Shown: positions 1-9,881 of the stretch, piece after piece
Numbering within the stretch: the first letter of the stretch is position 1
Layout of the letters: each line of letters begins with the position of its first letter
Virus record (IMG/VR): IMGVR_UViG_3300037247_000257
Coordinates: 1 to 54,015 of that record
DNA: 54,015 bases
Origin: a virus
Lineage: Duplodnaviria; Caudoviricetes
Reading direction: 5' to 3' (one strand)
The notes under the pieces: model-generated
Database searches by the model: none
Told to the model about the DNA's origin: nothing
Seen by the model: the letters and a program-made list of their open reading frames with translations, nothing else
Translations under genes and position numbers: made by a program

Positions 1-1266
1 CCTGATGAAAAGATTATATCAGTAGTTCAAACTACTGCTGGATTGTTGCAGAATGTATTCTTTACTGGTCAAACTACCACTACTTCAGAAGGCACTTTTG
101 GAGAGACACTTATAAGTGATAAAGGTAGTGTTGCTCAGAACAATCAAACTGTTACTTTAGCTAGTAATGAAACTGAAGCTTTTGCTTTAGAGTTTCTTGG
201 TCAGCCTAGTCCTGCAGGAACAATTATAGAAGGAGACTATTTAGCTTTCCCTATTCTTCAAGTAAGCACTAATCAGAACAATCAAAGGTTCACTATAGAA
301 GCTTACTTATGCGACAATGATGGTGTTCCATTAGGGATAGGTGATGGTGCAGTAGGTACTTTAGGTGTTGCTACTATCTTGATTGCTGACTCAGGTATAG
401 TAGATTTACAAGCTAACAACCCTACCGGGGTTCCTTGTAGTGGCAACGTACCGTTTCCTTTACCTATCGCTGATGGTCAAAGGTTTAGGTATGTAATTGT
501 AGCAGAAAGAGTAGGTGCTGGAGCAAATAACAAAGTAGTAACTTTCTTCTGTGGTAATAACTATAACTCTTACTTTCAAATACCTGGAAGCACAATCATA
601 TCAGGATTCGATCCTAATGCTTTGCATGTTAATGTGGCTGAGGAAATAAACAATCTTACAGCTAAGGTTACTCCTATCGCTACTGACTTCTTAGTAATAG
701 AAGATAGTGCTGACGACTTTAAGAAAAAGAAAGTTGAAGCTAGTGCGTTCTTAGGAGGTGGGCCTGGTCCTAATCCTGGTCCTATATCAGGTATCTTAGG
801 TACTTTTGCTATATCAAATATTAGCCAAGGTTTTGGTTCTCCTGGTATAGTTTACGCTACAAAGTTTTTGTGTGCTACAAGTATCACTGTAAACAAGATG
901 GGTTTTTATGCGACATCGATTGGAGGGAATGATGAAATAACATTAGGTATCTATGAAAACGATACTCTTATTGCTACTACTGCTCCTACTTCTTATACTC
1001 TTGCAAATCTTAATAGCGGAGATCTTCCTGAAATAGATCTTATTGCTCCAGTAGTTCTTCAAGGAGGTAACACTTATCTTCTAGCTATTAAAGGAACCTC
1101 AGGATCTATACAAGTCGGTGCTTTATTAACTTTAAATCAGGGTGGTATTAGTGTTCAAAAACCATGGCTTCTTAATGGTCAAGGCCAACCTCTTTTAGGG
1201 TTGCCGCCTGATCTTTCTGGATCTTCTGGTTCAGCAACAGGCCCTTACATAAACGTAGTTACTTAA
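1..1266 (+). CDS. Tail fibre/virion structural protein, 5'-truncated by the window edge
   Basis: Frame is open from base 1; rich in G/S/T/N; has a fibre-type linker (TPIATDFLVIEDSADDFKKKKV) and a GPGPNPGP hinge; lies in the structural module. Confidence 0.55.
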   Translation, partial: PDEKIISVVQTTAGLLQNVFFTGQTTTTSEGTFGETLISDKGSVAQNNQTVTLASNETEAFALEFLGQPSPAGTIIEGDYLAFPILQVSTNQNNQRFTIEAYLCDNDGVPLGIGDGAVGTLGVATILIADSGIVDLQANNPTGVPCSGNVPFPLPIADGQRFRYVIVAERVGAGANNKVVTFFCGNNYNSYFQIPGSTIISGFDPNALHVNVAEEINNLTAKVTPIATDFLVIEDSADDFKKKKVEASAFLGGGPGPNPGPISGILGTFAISNISQGFGSPGIVYATKFLCATSITVNKMGFYATSIGGNDEITLGIYENDTLIATTAPTSYTLANLNSGDLPEIDLIAPVVLQGGNTYLLAIKGTSGSIQVGALLTLNQGGISVQKPWLLNGQGQPLLGLPPDLSGSSGSATGPYINVVT

Positions 1267-1267
1267 T

Positions 1268-1879
1268 ATGAAATACAGATTGAAAAACAAATCGACAGAG
1301 AACATAGCTATAGACGGCTTTGTTCTCGGTAACGAAGAGATACCATTGCTTACTTTAGACATCATAGGTAAAGGCAAACAGTTATCTATACTTATGAGGT
1401 ATGCTCTTGAGAAAAAAGTTGTTATAACAGAATCTGGAGTAGAGCTTAGTTTAGACGAAACTAACTCATTGCTTACTGACTTGTACATTCTAAGCGTAAA
1501 CAAGAAGCAACCTCTAAACAGCAAGATAGCTAAGTCATTCAATACTATGTATGGTAATGACTTGATTGATAAGATAGACAACCTTGATATGAAGCAAAAG
1601 ACTATTGCTGAGTATCGTTATCACACTGAGAATGGAGTGAAGTTTTATGAAGACTTCCGAGCAGACTTAGCTATAGGTATTGCTACTGGCCAAGCTAGTG
1701 CTGAAGCTTCTTTTCATATCGAAGCTAGGCTTTCTCCTATTAAGGGAATGTTATTAGCTGGAGATTGGAGGACTGCACAGTTCGCTTGTAGTCAGTTAGA
1801 GGCGGATGAGTTTCTTAGTCAGACACTTATAGATCAAGTTCAAAACGGTTTCGATAATTATGTTGCTCAAAACTTTTAA
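1268..1879 (+). CDS. Hypothetical protein, possibly tail-fibre associated
   Basis: 203 aa ORF starting 1 nt after the fibre gene stop. Confidence 0.5.
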   Translation: MKYRLKNKSTENIAIDGFVLGNEEIPLLTLDIIGKGKQLSILMRYALEKKVVITESGVELSLDETNSLLTDLYILSVNKKQPLNSKIAKSFNTMYGNDLIDKIDNLDMKQKTIAEYRYHTENGVKFYEDFRADLAIGIATGQASAEASFHIEARLSPIKGMLLAGDWRTAQFACSQLEADEFLSQTLIDQVQNGFDNYVAQNF

Positions 1880-1974
1880 TATAAGTATTTGATACTTAAC
1901 TTCATCTAAAGATTAGGTGTTTTAGCCTAATAATATAGCTTGTTAGACGTATTTTTCATAAGTATCTTTGTACT

Positions 1975-2412
1975 ATGGAGAATGTAATAACAAGGCATAA
2001 TATATCTAACAAAACTAATACTGAAAAGTGGATTGGAGTTATATCTAACACTGCTGAAAAACAGTCTAAGTATTTTGTTACACTTATGCCTTTAACTGTA
2101 AAACTATCTGATGATAAAATCGTTATTATACCAGAAGGTTTTCAGTTCGATGGAAGTTCAGTACCTCGTTTTTTAGAAGTTGTATTTAGAAGATATGGCC
2201 CTTTCTTATTTGCGGCACTAATACATGATTGGATGTATACCGTAGACTATAGAAGAAGAGAATTAGGTAGAAAAGAAGCACAAAGATTTGCTGATAAAGA
2301 AATGCTTCTTTGGAGTGATGCTACGAACTTTTATTCCAACTGGTCTTTAATAGACAACTGGTTACGTTATCAAGCTGTAAGATTATTTGGTAAAAAAGTT
2401 TATAAAAGATGA
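1975..2412 (+). CDS. DUF1353-family protein
   Basis: IPEGFQFDGSSVPR...AALIHDWMY...ADKEML...YQAVRLFG matches the family pattern. Confidence 0.8.
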   Translation: MENVITRHNISNKTNTEKWIGVISNTAEKQSKYFVTLMPLTVKLSDDKIVIIPEGFQFDGSSVPRFLEVVFRRYGPFLFAALIHDWMYTVDYRRRELGRKEAQRFADKEMLLWSDATNFYSNWSLIDNWLRYQAVRLFGKKVYKR

Positions 2413-3056
2413 AGTACTTTTGGATATTAGATGCGGGCCACGGAGGAGTGGACGAAAACGGAGACTATACAACATGCCCTAACTGGGAAAGAAACAACCC
2501 ACAAACTTGGCACAAGATGCATGTTCATCCTGCGGGTCCTATTTTTGAAGGAGAGTTTAACCGCTTAGTGGTCGAAGCTATTGTTATGATGCTTGATGAG
2601 AAAGGAATTGACTCACACGTTTTATGCCCAGGGAGTGAGGATATCTCACTTAAAGAAAGAGTCAAGGAAACAAATGACTTGTACAAAAACCATAAAAATG
2701 CTATCTTTGTTTCTGTACACGGAAATGCCTTTAACGGGAACGCAAAAGGTTTTGAAGTGTTCACTAGTAAGGGGTTGACTAGGTCAGATGCTATGGCAGA
2801 TGTATTCGCTATTCAGATGAGCAAAATGTTTCCTAAACGTGTAATGCGTTGGGATTTAACAGACAAAGACAAAGACAAAGAAGCAAACTTTTATGTGCTT
2901 AAACACACAGACTGTCCTGCAATCCTAACCGAAAACTTTTTCTTTGATAGTCCAGAAGACGCTAAGCTCATGATGTCTATAGAAGGTGTGCTCAACATAG
3001 CAAAGGCTCATGTCAACGCAATACTTAAAATCGAAAGTAGTGAAAAACAGTACTAA
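2409..3056 (+). CDS. Endolysin, N-acetylmuramoyl-L-alanine amidase (Amidase_3)
   Basis: ILDAGHGG, E (FEGEFN), FVSVHGNA and PAILTENFF zinc-amidase motifs. Confidence 0.92.
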   Translation: MKYFWILDAGHGGVDENGDYTTCPNWERNNPQTWHKMHVHPAGPIFEGEFNRLVVEAIVMMLDEKGIDSHVLCPGSEDISLKERVKETNDLYKNHKNAIFVSVHGNAFNGNAKGFEVFTSKGLTRSDAMADVFAIQMSKMFPKRVMRWDLTDKDKDKEANFYVLKHTDCPAILTENFFFDSPEDAKLMMSIEGVLNIAKAHVNAILKIESSEKQY

Positions 3057-3057
3057 G

Positions 3058-3321
3058 ATGGATAACGACCTTTTAAAAAGTATAGGAGTAGGTGCGACAG
3101 CACTGCTTACGATGATGATAGACCAATTTTCAACCCACCCAATGGCATCTATAGTATCGGTTATAGGACTTTTAGTAGTTTATGAGCGATGGAGACACTT
3201 AAGAATTTCTAAAAAGAATGCTGAGTTAGATACCCAAATAAAACAGGAACAACTAAAACAGTTACAAAATGAAGGAGATAGCAGACTTATTAAAAAACGT
3301 AAAGAAGGGACCAAAGACTAG
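3058..3321 (+). CDS. Putative holin/antiholin (two hydrophobic segments plus coiled-coil tail)
   Basis: ATG 1 nt after the endolysin stop; hydrophobic segments followed by a charged C-terminus. Confidence 0.5.
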   Translation: MDNDLLKSIGVGATALLTMMIDQFSTHPMASIVSVIGLLVVYERWRHLRISKKNAELDTQIKQEQLKQLQNEGDSRLIKKRKEGTKD

Positions 3322-3517
3322 TATAGTTGGTGCTTTAATGATGATATTTGGGGGCTATCTTATTTATAACAACGAGACTGATCTAGAATGGGCGAGTGTA
3401 CCTGTAGGATTATTTGCAATGGGTGCTTATCTTTGCCTTACTAGTGATAGTATATTTTCTAAGAAAGATGATAAAAGTAAAGTGGACAAAAGCGACAAGG
3501 GGGATAGCATATCTTAG
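3269..3517 (+). CDS. Putative holin (two TM helices)
   Basis: KTSIVGALMMIFGGYLIY and VPVGLFAMGAYLCL, basic C-terminus, lysis-cassette position. Confidence 0.5.
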   Translation: MKEIADLLKNVKKGPKTSIVGALMMIFGGYLIYNNETDLEWASVPVGLFAMGAYLCLTSDSIFSKKDDKSKVDKSDKGDSIS

Positions 3518-3836
3518 TGTTCTTTGTATACTAGGAGGTGTTTTTTTCTTAGGTTACAATCATGGTACTGTTGATTTAGAGTCAGCAAATACTGAGATGG
3601 AGCTTGCTAAAAAAGCTCATGCTAAAGCAGATAGTATACTTGATATACACAGAGTGGCGCTTGTAATTATGCAAGCTGAAATGGATAGTTTAGTTCAGCA
3701 ACAAGCAGTCAGTAGAGACAGTACTGACCAGACTATAGAAAGAGTTAGAAACCTTACTGAAGTGGTAGTTACCCCTGAAGTAATAAACGAAGCAATAACA
3801 TGGATAAAAGAACATCAAAAAGATACTGTTCTATAA
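3468..3836 (+). CDS. Membrane-anchored coiled-coil protein, spanin-like
   Basis: Single N-terminal TM segment followed by a helical domain; overlaps both neighbours. Confidence 0.45.
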   Translation: MIKVKWTKATRGIAYLSVLCILGGVFFLGYNHGTVDLESANTEMELAKKAHAKADSILDIHRVALVIMQAEMDSLVQQQAVSRDSTDQTIERVRNLTEVVVTPEVINEAITWIKEHQKDTVL

Positions 3837-4234
3837 TCTTCTTAATGTTGTCATCTGTAATATGCTCAGGCCAAAGTGTCTGGTTAGATTCTACAGGTAA
3901 TGTTGGCATGACAAAGAAGAAGTTTGGGTACTATTACCAGTGCGAAAAAAACTTAAAAGCTATCGAGGATTCTATTCCCGTATTAGCAAAGAACATTGAA
4001 CAAGAAAGAGTAATAGCTGACTCTACTAAAGCTAATCTTCAAAGCCAAGTAGATAATGTTAGTGCTCAGAATACTATTTTAATAAAGAGTAGGGAACAAT
4101 GGGCAAGTACAGCCACTACTCTAAGTATAAATAATGCTGTCTTAGAAGACAGGTTAAGAAAAGAAAAAAAGAAGAAGTGGGTTTTCGGTGGTATCGGAGC
4201 CTTTTTAGCAATACTAGGTGGAATATTGATATGA
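3800..4234 (+). CDS. Signal-peptide coiled-coil protein with C-terminal TM, spanin-like
   Basis: N-terminal signal-like segment, coiled coil, then KKKKWVFGGIGAFLAILGGILI anchor. Confidence 0.45.
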   Translation: MDKRTSKRYCSIIFLMLSSVICSGQSVWLDSTGNVGMTKKKFGYYYQCEKNLKAIEDSIPVLAKNIEQERVIADSTKANLQSQVDNVSAQNTILIKSREQWASTATTLSINNAVLEDRLRKEKKKKWVFGGIGAFLAILGGILI

Positions 4235-5784
4235 TTTTAACAGTAAACATAGTAAACAGCTCTCTTGCTCCTTTGAGTATATTAGCTAACGGCATAACTA
4301 TTAATGATATCAGTAATGCCACAGACAGTACTTCTTTGTCTCAAAGTATAGGTGACGGAGAGTGTGCTAAGATAAAAGTAGAAGAGAATGGGTACTATTC
4401 ATATAGTATGACTATCGATAACGTCTACAAAGCAGACAAAGTAATTACTGTAATGCTTGTTCCTATTCAAGTGGACATAAACAATCCAGACTATAATCGA
4501 CCGTATCCTTATTTCTTTACGTTACAAGATCCTTGTTCTTTTAAAGTAGACTACTACAGCGCATCATCTTTTCCAGGTGATGTTTCTTGGTATCTAAACA
4601 ACAACAAGTTTAATCAAGCTAACTTAAAAGGAACTTTTAGTTTATGTGCTCCAGGAGAGTACCAACTTAAGATGCGTGGCCTTAACTACATTAGTACTAT
4701 GGCTCACTGTCCTTCTAGAGAACTAGCTTGGGACAGACAGTATGCTACTATATTTACAGGTAATACTGTGATATCTGAACTAGATCCTATTGAGGATTAC
4801 TTAGCTTTAGATCCTATCACAAACATTACTGAAGAAGAATACAGACCTTCGTTTAGTTTGTCTGCGTCTAATCCTGTAGATCAACTAGATGATACTTGTT
4901 GTTATACAAAAGATGAACTAGTTAAAATTACTGCAGAAGTATCTATTACTAGACCTGGTTCTACAGTAGATGATTATAACCTCGAGTGGTCTGTAATTGA
5001 TCCACAAGGTATAGAAGTCTTTGAAGATGTTACACCAGTTACATTAAACGAGATTGAATTCAGCTTAGACAAACTAGGAGGTTATACAGTTAATGTAAAC
5101 CTTGTTGACATGGGTTGTGAAATAGTATACCCAGGTTCTCTATTAGTGGAAACTTGTAACTTTATCACGTTTGATTACAACGATTGTAACTCATATACTA
5201 TAAACAACAAGAGTTCTGCAAAAGATGTATTATTCTCTGTGGAATCTATCGAAGGAGAAAGTATTGTAAGCAACCAATCATTAGTGGCTGGAGAATCTGG
5301 TATCATAACTTTTGGTAAACCATCACTTTACTTTGTAGAAGTCACAAGAGTCGTAGATGACGTACCGGTTAAAGAAACTTATGTACTAAACAACTACTGT
5401 GTAATCGAAGAATGTTTTGCTGATTACATCTTAGACATCTTATGTGAAGATACTAGACGATGTGAAGCATGTCCTGACAGTGTAGAATTAAACCAGTTCA
5501 GTCTGCTTTTCTATACTTACTTTATGGAGCTCAACAAAGAGTATGGATTAAATAACTTTTACAGTGGTTTAGAAGATAGTCAGTTAGAAAGACTTGGTAA
5601 CATAGCACAAGTTATGGACCGCATATTAGAATTCTGTATGAGACGTAACTGCTCAAAAGGATCTAAAGCTTCGTTTGGTAAAGACGCTAGACCAGCTGGT
5701 TCAGAAACTTTAGACTGGGCAGGTAAAAGTAATTACTCTAGCATAGCTAAACCAGGACATTGTAGTACTTGTAATGGAAAATAA
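4231..5784 (+). CDS. Cys-rich beta-domain virion protein (Ig/PKD-like repeats)
   Basis: 518 aa from ATG 4231; W-x-L/V...G-x-Y-x-L/V beta patterns; acidic. Confidence 0.5.
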   Translation: MILTVNIVNSSLAPLSILANGITINDISNATDSTSLSQSIGDGECAKIKVEENGYYSYSMTIDNVYKADKVITVMLVPIQVDINNPDYNRPYPYFFTLQDPCSFKVDYYSASSFPGDVSWYLNNNKFNQANLKGTFSLCAPGEYQLKMRGLNYISTMAHCPSRELAWDRQYATIFTGNTVISELDPIEDYLALDPITNITEEEYRPSFSLSASNPVDQLDDTCCYTKDELVKITAEVSITRPGSTVDDYNLEWSVIDPQGIEVFEDVTPVTLNEIEFSLDKLGGYTVNVNLVDMGCEIVYPGSLLVETCNFITFDYNDCNSYTINNKSSAKDVLFSVESIEGESIVSNQSLVAGESGIITFGKPSLYFVEVTRVVDDVPVKETYVLNNYCVIEECFADYILDILCEDTRRCEACPDSVELNQFSLLFYTYFMELNKEYGLNNFYSGLEDSQLERLGNIAQVMDRILEFCMRRNCSKGSKASFGKDARPAGSETLDWAGKSNYSSIAKPGHCSTCNGK

Positions 5785-6389
5785 TGAGTTGTAAAAATCT
5801 AACAAACTTAGAAGGAATGAAATTTCCTTCACGCTACAAGGCAACACCTAATCTTGATGAAGAATTATTCATCAACGCTTGGGATATTGTTAGTGAAGAA
5901 GTACACCGTTTAAGAGAAGAAGGTTGGGCGTTAGATAAGAAAGGTAGAAGAGAGCAAGCTGGTAATAGATACCAAGCCGCTAACATCTACTTTTATCTAA
6001 TAAACTACGCGATGATTATTCGCAACTATCTAGAACGTACTAGCTTACTAGATCAGTGTGTAGATATAACAGCTTATAAAAAAGACTGTGTAGAAAAGAA
6101 CTTACCATGCCTTAGTAAAACTTACGGTACTGATTACGTAAATGCGTGGAAAAGTATCATGGAAGTATTCTCAATCGACCCTAAAGAAGATTGTGACGAA
6201 TGCTGCGTAGGTATATCTAAGATGATTATCAAAGGAGATAATGATTGTACTGCATTCATTATCGGGCCTTGTGAAGAAAATGAATTAAAAGTTGTCGCAG
6301 AATACGAAGATTGTAACTACGATAACGCACACACAACTGCTGATGATGACGCAAATTGTGATAAAGAAGAACCTTTTAAATGTAACTAA
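5784..6389 (+). CDS. Hypothetical Cys-rich structural protein
   Basis: 201 aa ORF translationally coupled to the upstream gene (TAATG). Confidence 0.5.
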   Translation: MSCKNLTNLEGMKFPSRYKATPNLDEELFINAWDIVSEEVHRLREEGWALDKKGRREQAGNRYQAANIYFYLINYAMIIRNYLERTSLLDQCVDITAYKKDCVEKNLPCLSKTYGTDYVNAWKSIMEVFSIDPKEDCDECCVGISKMIIKGDNDCTAFIIGPCEENELKVVAEYEDCNYDNAHTTADDDANCDKEEPFKCN

Positions 6390-6391
6390 CC

Positions 6392-7894
6392 ATGGCAACA
6401 GGAATAGTATATTCAACTCAAGCAGAGTTGGAAGAAAAAGTAAAAGAAAAAATATTTCCTAACCGAAGGAAAGGTATTAAAGGTGAAGCTCACCAACAAG
6501 CAGTTCTTGATATGATAGCTTCTCTTTGGAGAAGTCAAACATCAGGCGGTATAAACTCTGTAAATGGTCCTACAATAGACAACGCAGATCCTGCTAACCC
6601 TATTGTTGGTTTACCTACTGTAGCACAAATACAAGCTATTAGACCTTTAAAAACAGTCGGTGGTGTAACTATAGAAGGACCTGGAGATATTCCAATACCT
6701 GCACAAGGTGTACAATCAGTTACTGGAGATGGTGTAGACAATACGGATCCAGATAATCCAGTTTTAAGTTATGAGTCTGCAGCAGCTATTAAATCAAAGT
6801 ATGAAAGTAATGTTAATACTAACGGATATACTGATGCAGAAAAGTCTAAACTAGCTGGTTTAGAAAGCTCTAAGTTTGTTGGTCAGTTTTCTTCTTTGTC
6901 TGCTTTACAAACAGCTTTTCCTACTGCTTCAATCGGTTCATACGCTTATGTAGACCAAGGTGTTGGACAAAGCAATGTAAAATACATTTGGGATGATGAT
7001 GATACTTCTTGGGTTGAACAAGGTGGTGTTTCTGCTGAAGAAACTCCTTCCACAATCAAAGCTAAGTACGAGTCTAATCCTGACACTAATGCTTACACTG
7101 ACGCTGAAAAAGCAAATCTAGCTAATCAGTCTAACACTAACACTGGTGATGAGACTAACACCACAATCAAGAACAAAAGGCCTCTTAAAACTGTAGACGG
7201 AAGTCCTCTTGAAGGCCCTGGTAATGTTTCAGTAGGAGTTAAAACTGTTACTGGGTCTGGAGTAGATAATACTGACCCAGAAAACCCAGTCTTAAATCTT
7301 AATTTTAGTGAAACTACTTTTACTAATACTGTAGATATATCTACTCTTACAGTGACTAGAGAAGTGTATGGTTCTCAGGTAAGGTTAATAGGAAACATTA
7401 CTTTAGCCCCCGGTACACCATCCTTAATTAGAAACACTATAAGTGACGTTATACCTGCTAATTTTAACGGTAAAACTTGGTTCAGGTTAACAAAAGTATC
7501 TATGGTACATAACATAACAGCTCCAGTTGTTTCTTTCTTAGGCGCTAATGGTTACTTAGAGTTGAGTGAATTATCTACTTTTAATGTAGGTTCTTTATCT
7601 ACTTTAAATACAACCACACTACAGATTCCTGGTGTAAGTATAGGCTATCAAAGATCTTATAGCGTAGACGGTTTTAACCAAGCTTTAGGTGTTAATGCTG
7701 CCTCTACGTCAGACAGAATAGAGTCATCTGATAATGATAACTATATAACAGCTTCGCCTAAGTATTTAGTAAATGAAGGTTTTGATCTAGGTTGGATTTC
7801 ACCTGCACAATCCAACTTCGACTACGGTACATTTTTTCAAGGTAGTACAGAAGGAATAAACGTTAGTTTTGTTTTAGAAGGAATTTTAATATGA
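6392..7894 (+). CDS. Tail fibre protein with internal repeats
   Basis: Repeated VTGxGVDNTDPxNPVL, KYESNxxTNxYTDAEK and RPLKTVxGxxxEGPG blocks. Confidence 0.65.
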   Translation: MATGIVYSTQAELEEKVKEKIFPNRRKGIKGEAHQQAVLDMIASLWRSQTSGGINSVNGPTIDNADPANPIVGLPTVAQIQAIRPLKTVGGVTIEGPGDIPIPAQGVQSVTGDGVDNTDPDNPVLSYESAAAIKSKYESNVNTNGYTDAEKSKLAGLESSKFVGQFSSLSALQTAFPTASIGSYAYVDQGVGQSNVKYIWDDDDTSWVEQGGVSAEETPSTIKAKYESNPDTNAYTDAEKANLANQSNTNTGDETNTTIKNKRPLKTVDGSPLEGPGNVSVGVKTVTGSGVDNTDPENPVLNLNFSETTFTNTVDISTLTVTREVYGSQVRLIGNITLAPGTPSLIRNTISDVIPANFNGKTWFRLTKVSMVHNITAPVVSFLGANGYLELSELSTFNVGSLSTLNTTTLQIPGVSIGYQRSYSVDGFNQALGVNAASTSDRIESSDNDNYITASPKYLVNEGFDLGWISPAQSNFDYGTFFQGSTEGINVSFVLEGILI

Positions 7895-8469
7895 TAATAT
7901 ACTGCATACATAGAAAGCAAGATGAAGAAAGATATAATCAGTTGGTAAAAGAACTAGGCAAAGTAAACTTGTCTGTTTCTTTTATCGAACCAGAACCATT
8001 AGATGACAACTTTGAGGATAAGCCTAGGTTTAACAAAGCTATGGATTCCCTTAGAAGAACAACTATTAAGCTAGTTCAAGAGGCTAAAGATAAAAGTCTA
8101 CCGTACATAACTATTATGGAAGACGACTGTAAGTTTCATGTTGAAGCCTATAAAGCATATGAAGAAAAAGGATTGCCTGATGAGTTTGACTTTGTACACT
8201 TAAATGTTACTGGGCGTGATGTTTATGGTTATAGCTTAACAAAAGGTATTTATAGACCTTTCTTTGGAGTATGCTGTCAATATTACGTAATTAGCAGTGA
8301 TGTATACGATACCTATATTAACCTACTTAAAAACAGTATGGTGCCTATAGATGAAGTCACTCGTCACATACAAATGAAAAGAGGAAAAAGTTTTGCGGTA
8401 GAACCCTTACCTGTATACCACGAAAAAAACAGATATAGTACGTTAAGAGGTAAGGAAGTAAAATATTAA
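7891..8469 (+). CDS. Glycosyltransferase family 25-like
   Basis: IYCIH...ER N-terminus, ITIMEDDC (ED-D) motif, YYVIS and PIDE motifs. Confidence 0.7.
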   Translation: MIIYCIHRKQDEERYNQLVKELGKVNLSVSFIEPEPLDDNFEDKPRFNKAMDSLRRTTIKLVQEAKDKSLPYITIMEDDCKFHVEAYKAYEEKGLPDEFDFVHLNVTGRDVYGYSLTKGIYRPFFGVCCQYYVISSDVYDTYINLLKNSMVPIDEVTRHIQMKRGKSFAVEPLPVYHEKNRYSTLRGKEVKY

Positions 8470-8472
8470 GCT

Positions 8473-9735
8473 ATGGCAACATTTAGATTAAAAGAGTGGT
8501 TTCTTACAATAACTGCTACTAACTCAAGAAGAGGTACTCGTCTTAGAGATGGGGATAGACCTACACAATCAACTTTTGAAGATCTACTTAAATCAAGTGT
8601 CTTTAAAACAGAAGCTAATGATAAAGCAAAAGTAAACGATGCTACTAAACCACTACCTGAAGTAGTTGGTCATGTGGCTTTGGCTACGGATGAAGAAGCT
8701 AAATCTAACGCTACTCAACCTCAAGATAGAGCTCTTGCTGCACAACCTTCTCAAATAACTACAGCGAAAGGCGTTGAAGAGAGCGACTTAAATCTATCGT
8801 TAGACACTATTAGTAATGATAATCAAATAGACAACCCTATTGTCTTTGACGATACAGCTATAGAAGTTGAAGATGAAGGAACAACGAGAAACGATTATTT
8901 GATTAGATTCAAAGAATCTTTTAGAAACTTTCTTTCTAGTCTTGTAGAAACAATAAACGATATATCACTAAGGTTAGTTGCAGTTATAGAACAAACTGAA
9001 ACAAATAGACAAGACATTGAGACACTTGTTGACTTAGATGGAGACGTTAGTGCTGTTATAAACGGCATTGCTCCTAAGGGGACTATTATACAAAGTGTAT
9101 TAGGTACTGGAATGAATACTGATTATTGGTATAAGATGGATGGTGGAGCAAGACTCTCTAAATACAATAATGATAATGTTAATGACGGCCCTACTTCAGC
9201 ATGGGCTCTTTTCCAAAACTTAACAGATATAATAGTAGAAGACGGTCTTTTGTTTGGTTTCAAAAACATAGGAGCTCCGGTTTTTGATAGCGGGTTAGGA
9301 CTTGGTGAAAGGGTTACTTCAGGCAACGACTGGAAAGCTACTTTTAGGCAAACTGACATACCTAAGCATAATCATGGAAGTAATCTTTCCACTTCAATAG
9401 AAGGCGGACACAGGCATCAATACGGTACAATTCTTGGAGAAAACGACAAGAACTTTACTGATGCTTTTGCTGCAGGCGCTGATAGAGCTTTTGATTCTGA
9501 TAGAGTTCCTACTAGGTCTTGGTGGACTGATGAATTCAATACCCCTGATGAATCATCTCCTAGTGGTAATCCTGATAAGTTAGTTGCTATAAACGGTCAG
9601 TCTAAAGGAGGAAGAAGAGGTTTCCATAAACACAATATAACTGGAAGCATATCTAATTACGGATCGCAAACTACAACTTATCCAAGTGTAAACGTTCCTA
9701 GAGTAGGTGTAAACTATTACATTAAGATAAAGTAA
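8473..9735 (+). CDS. Tail fibre / tail-collar-like protein
   Basis: GDRPTQSTFEDL N-terminus, PKGTII collar-like motif, PKHNH/GGHRH/HKH His motifs, NYYIKIK C-terminus. Confidence 0.7.
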   Translation: MATFRLKEWFLTITATNSRRGTRLRDGDRPTQSTFEDLLKSSVFKTEANDKAKVNDATKPLPEVVGHVALATDEEAKSNATQPQDRALAAQPSQITTAKGVEESDLNLSLDTISNDNQIDNPIVFDDTAIEVEDEGTTRNDYLIRFKESFRNFLSSLVETINDISLRLVAVIEQTETNRQDIETLVDLDGDVSAVINGIAPKGTIIQSVLGTGMNTDYWYKMDGGARLSKYNNDNVNDGPTSAWALFQNLTDIIVEDGLLFGFKNIGAPVFDSGLGLGERVTSGNDWKATFRQTDIPKHNHGSNLSTSIEGGHRHQYGTILGENDKNFTDAFAAGADRAFDSDRVPTRSWWTDEFNTPDESSPSGNPDKLVAINGQSKGGRRGFHKHNITGSISNYGSQTTTYPSVNVPRVGVNYYIKIK

Positions 9736-9746
9736 CACGTAAGTGT

Positions 9747-9791
9747 AAAAAAAAAGGGGGAACTAACAAATTAATGCTAGCTCCCCCTTTT
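9747..9791. terminator. Intrinsic terminator between the convergent modules (strongest on the - strand)
   Basis: Minus strand GGGGGAGCTAGCA-loop-TGTTAGTTCCCCC followed by a T9 tract; a short T tract is also present on +. Confidence 0.8.
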
Positions 9792-9795
9792 AGTT

Positions 9796-9879
9796 TTAGT
9801 TTATCAAATGCATGAGAAACATGTATATGTTAAATCCTACACATACTCCGAATATAAAAGCCCAGTGTACTCTTTTCAT
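9796..9879 (-). CDS. 27-aa membrane peptide (MKRVHWAFIFGVCVGFNIYMFLMHLIN)
   Basis: Translated by hand; fills the gap between the last - strand gene and the terminator. Confidence 0.45.
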   Translation of the reverse strand: MKRVHWAFIFGVCVGFNIYMFLMHLIN

Positions 9880-9881
9880 AG

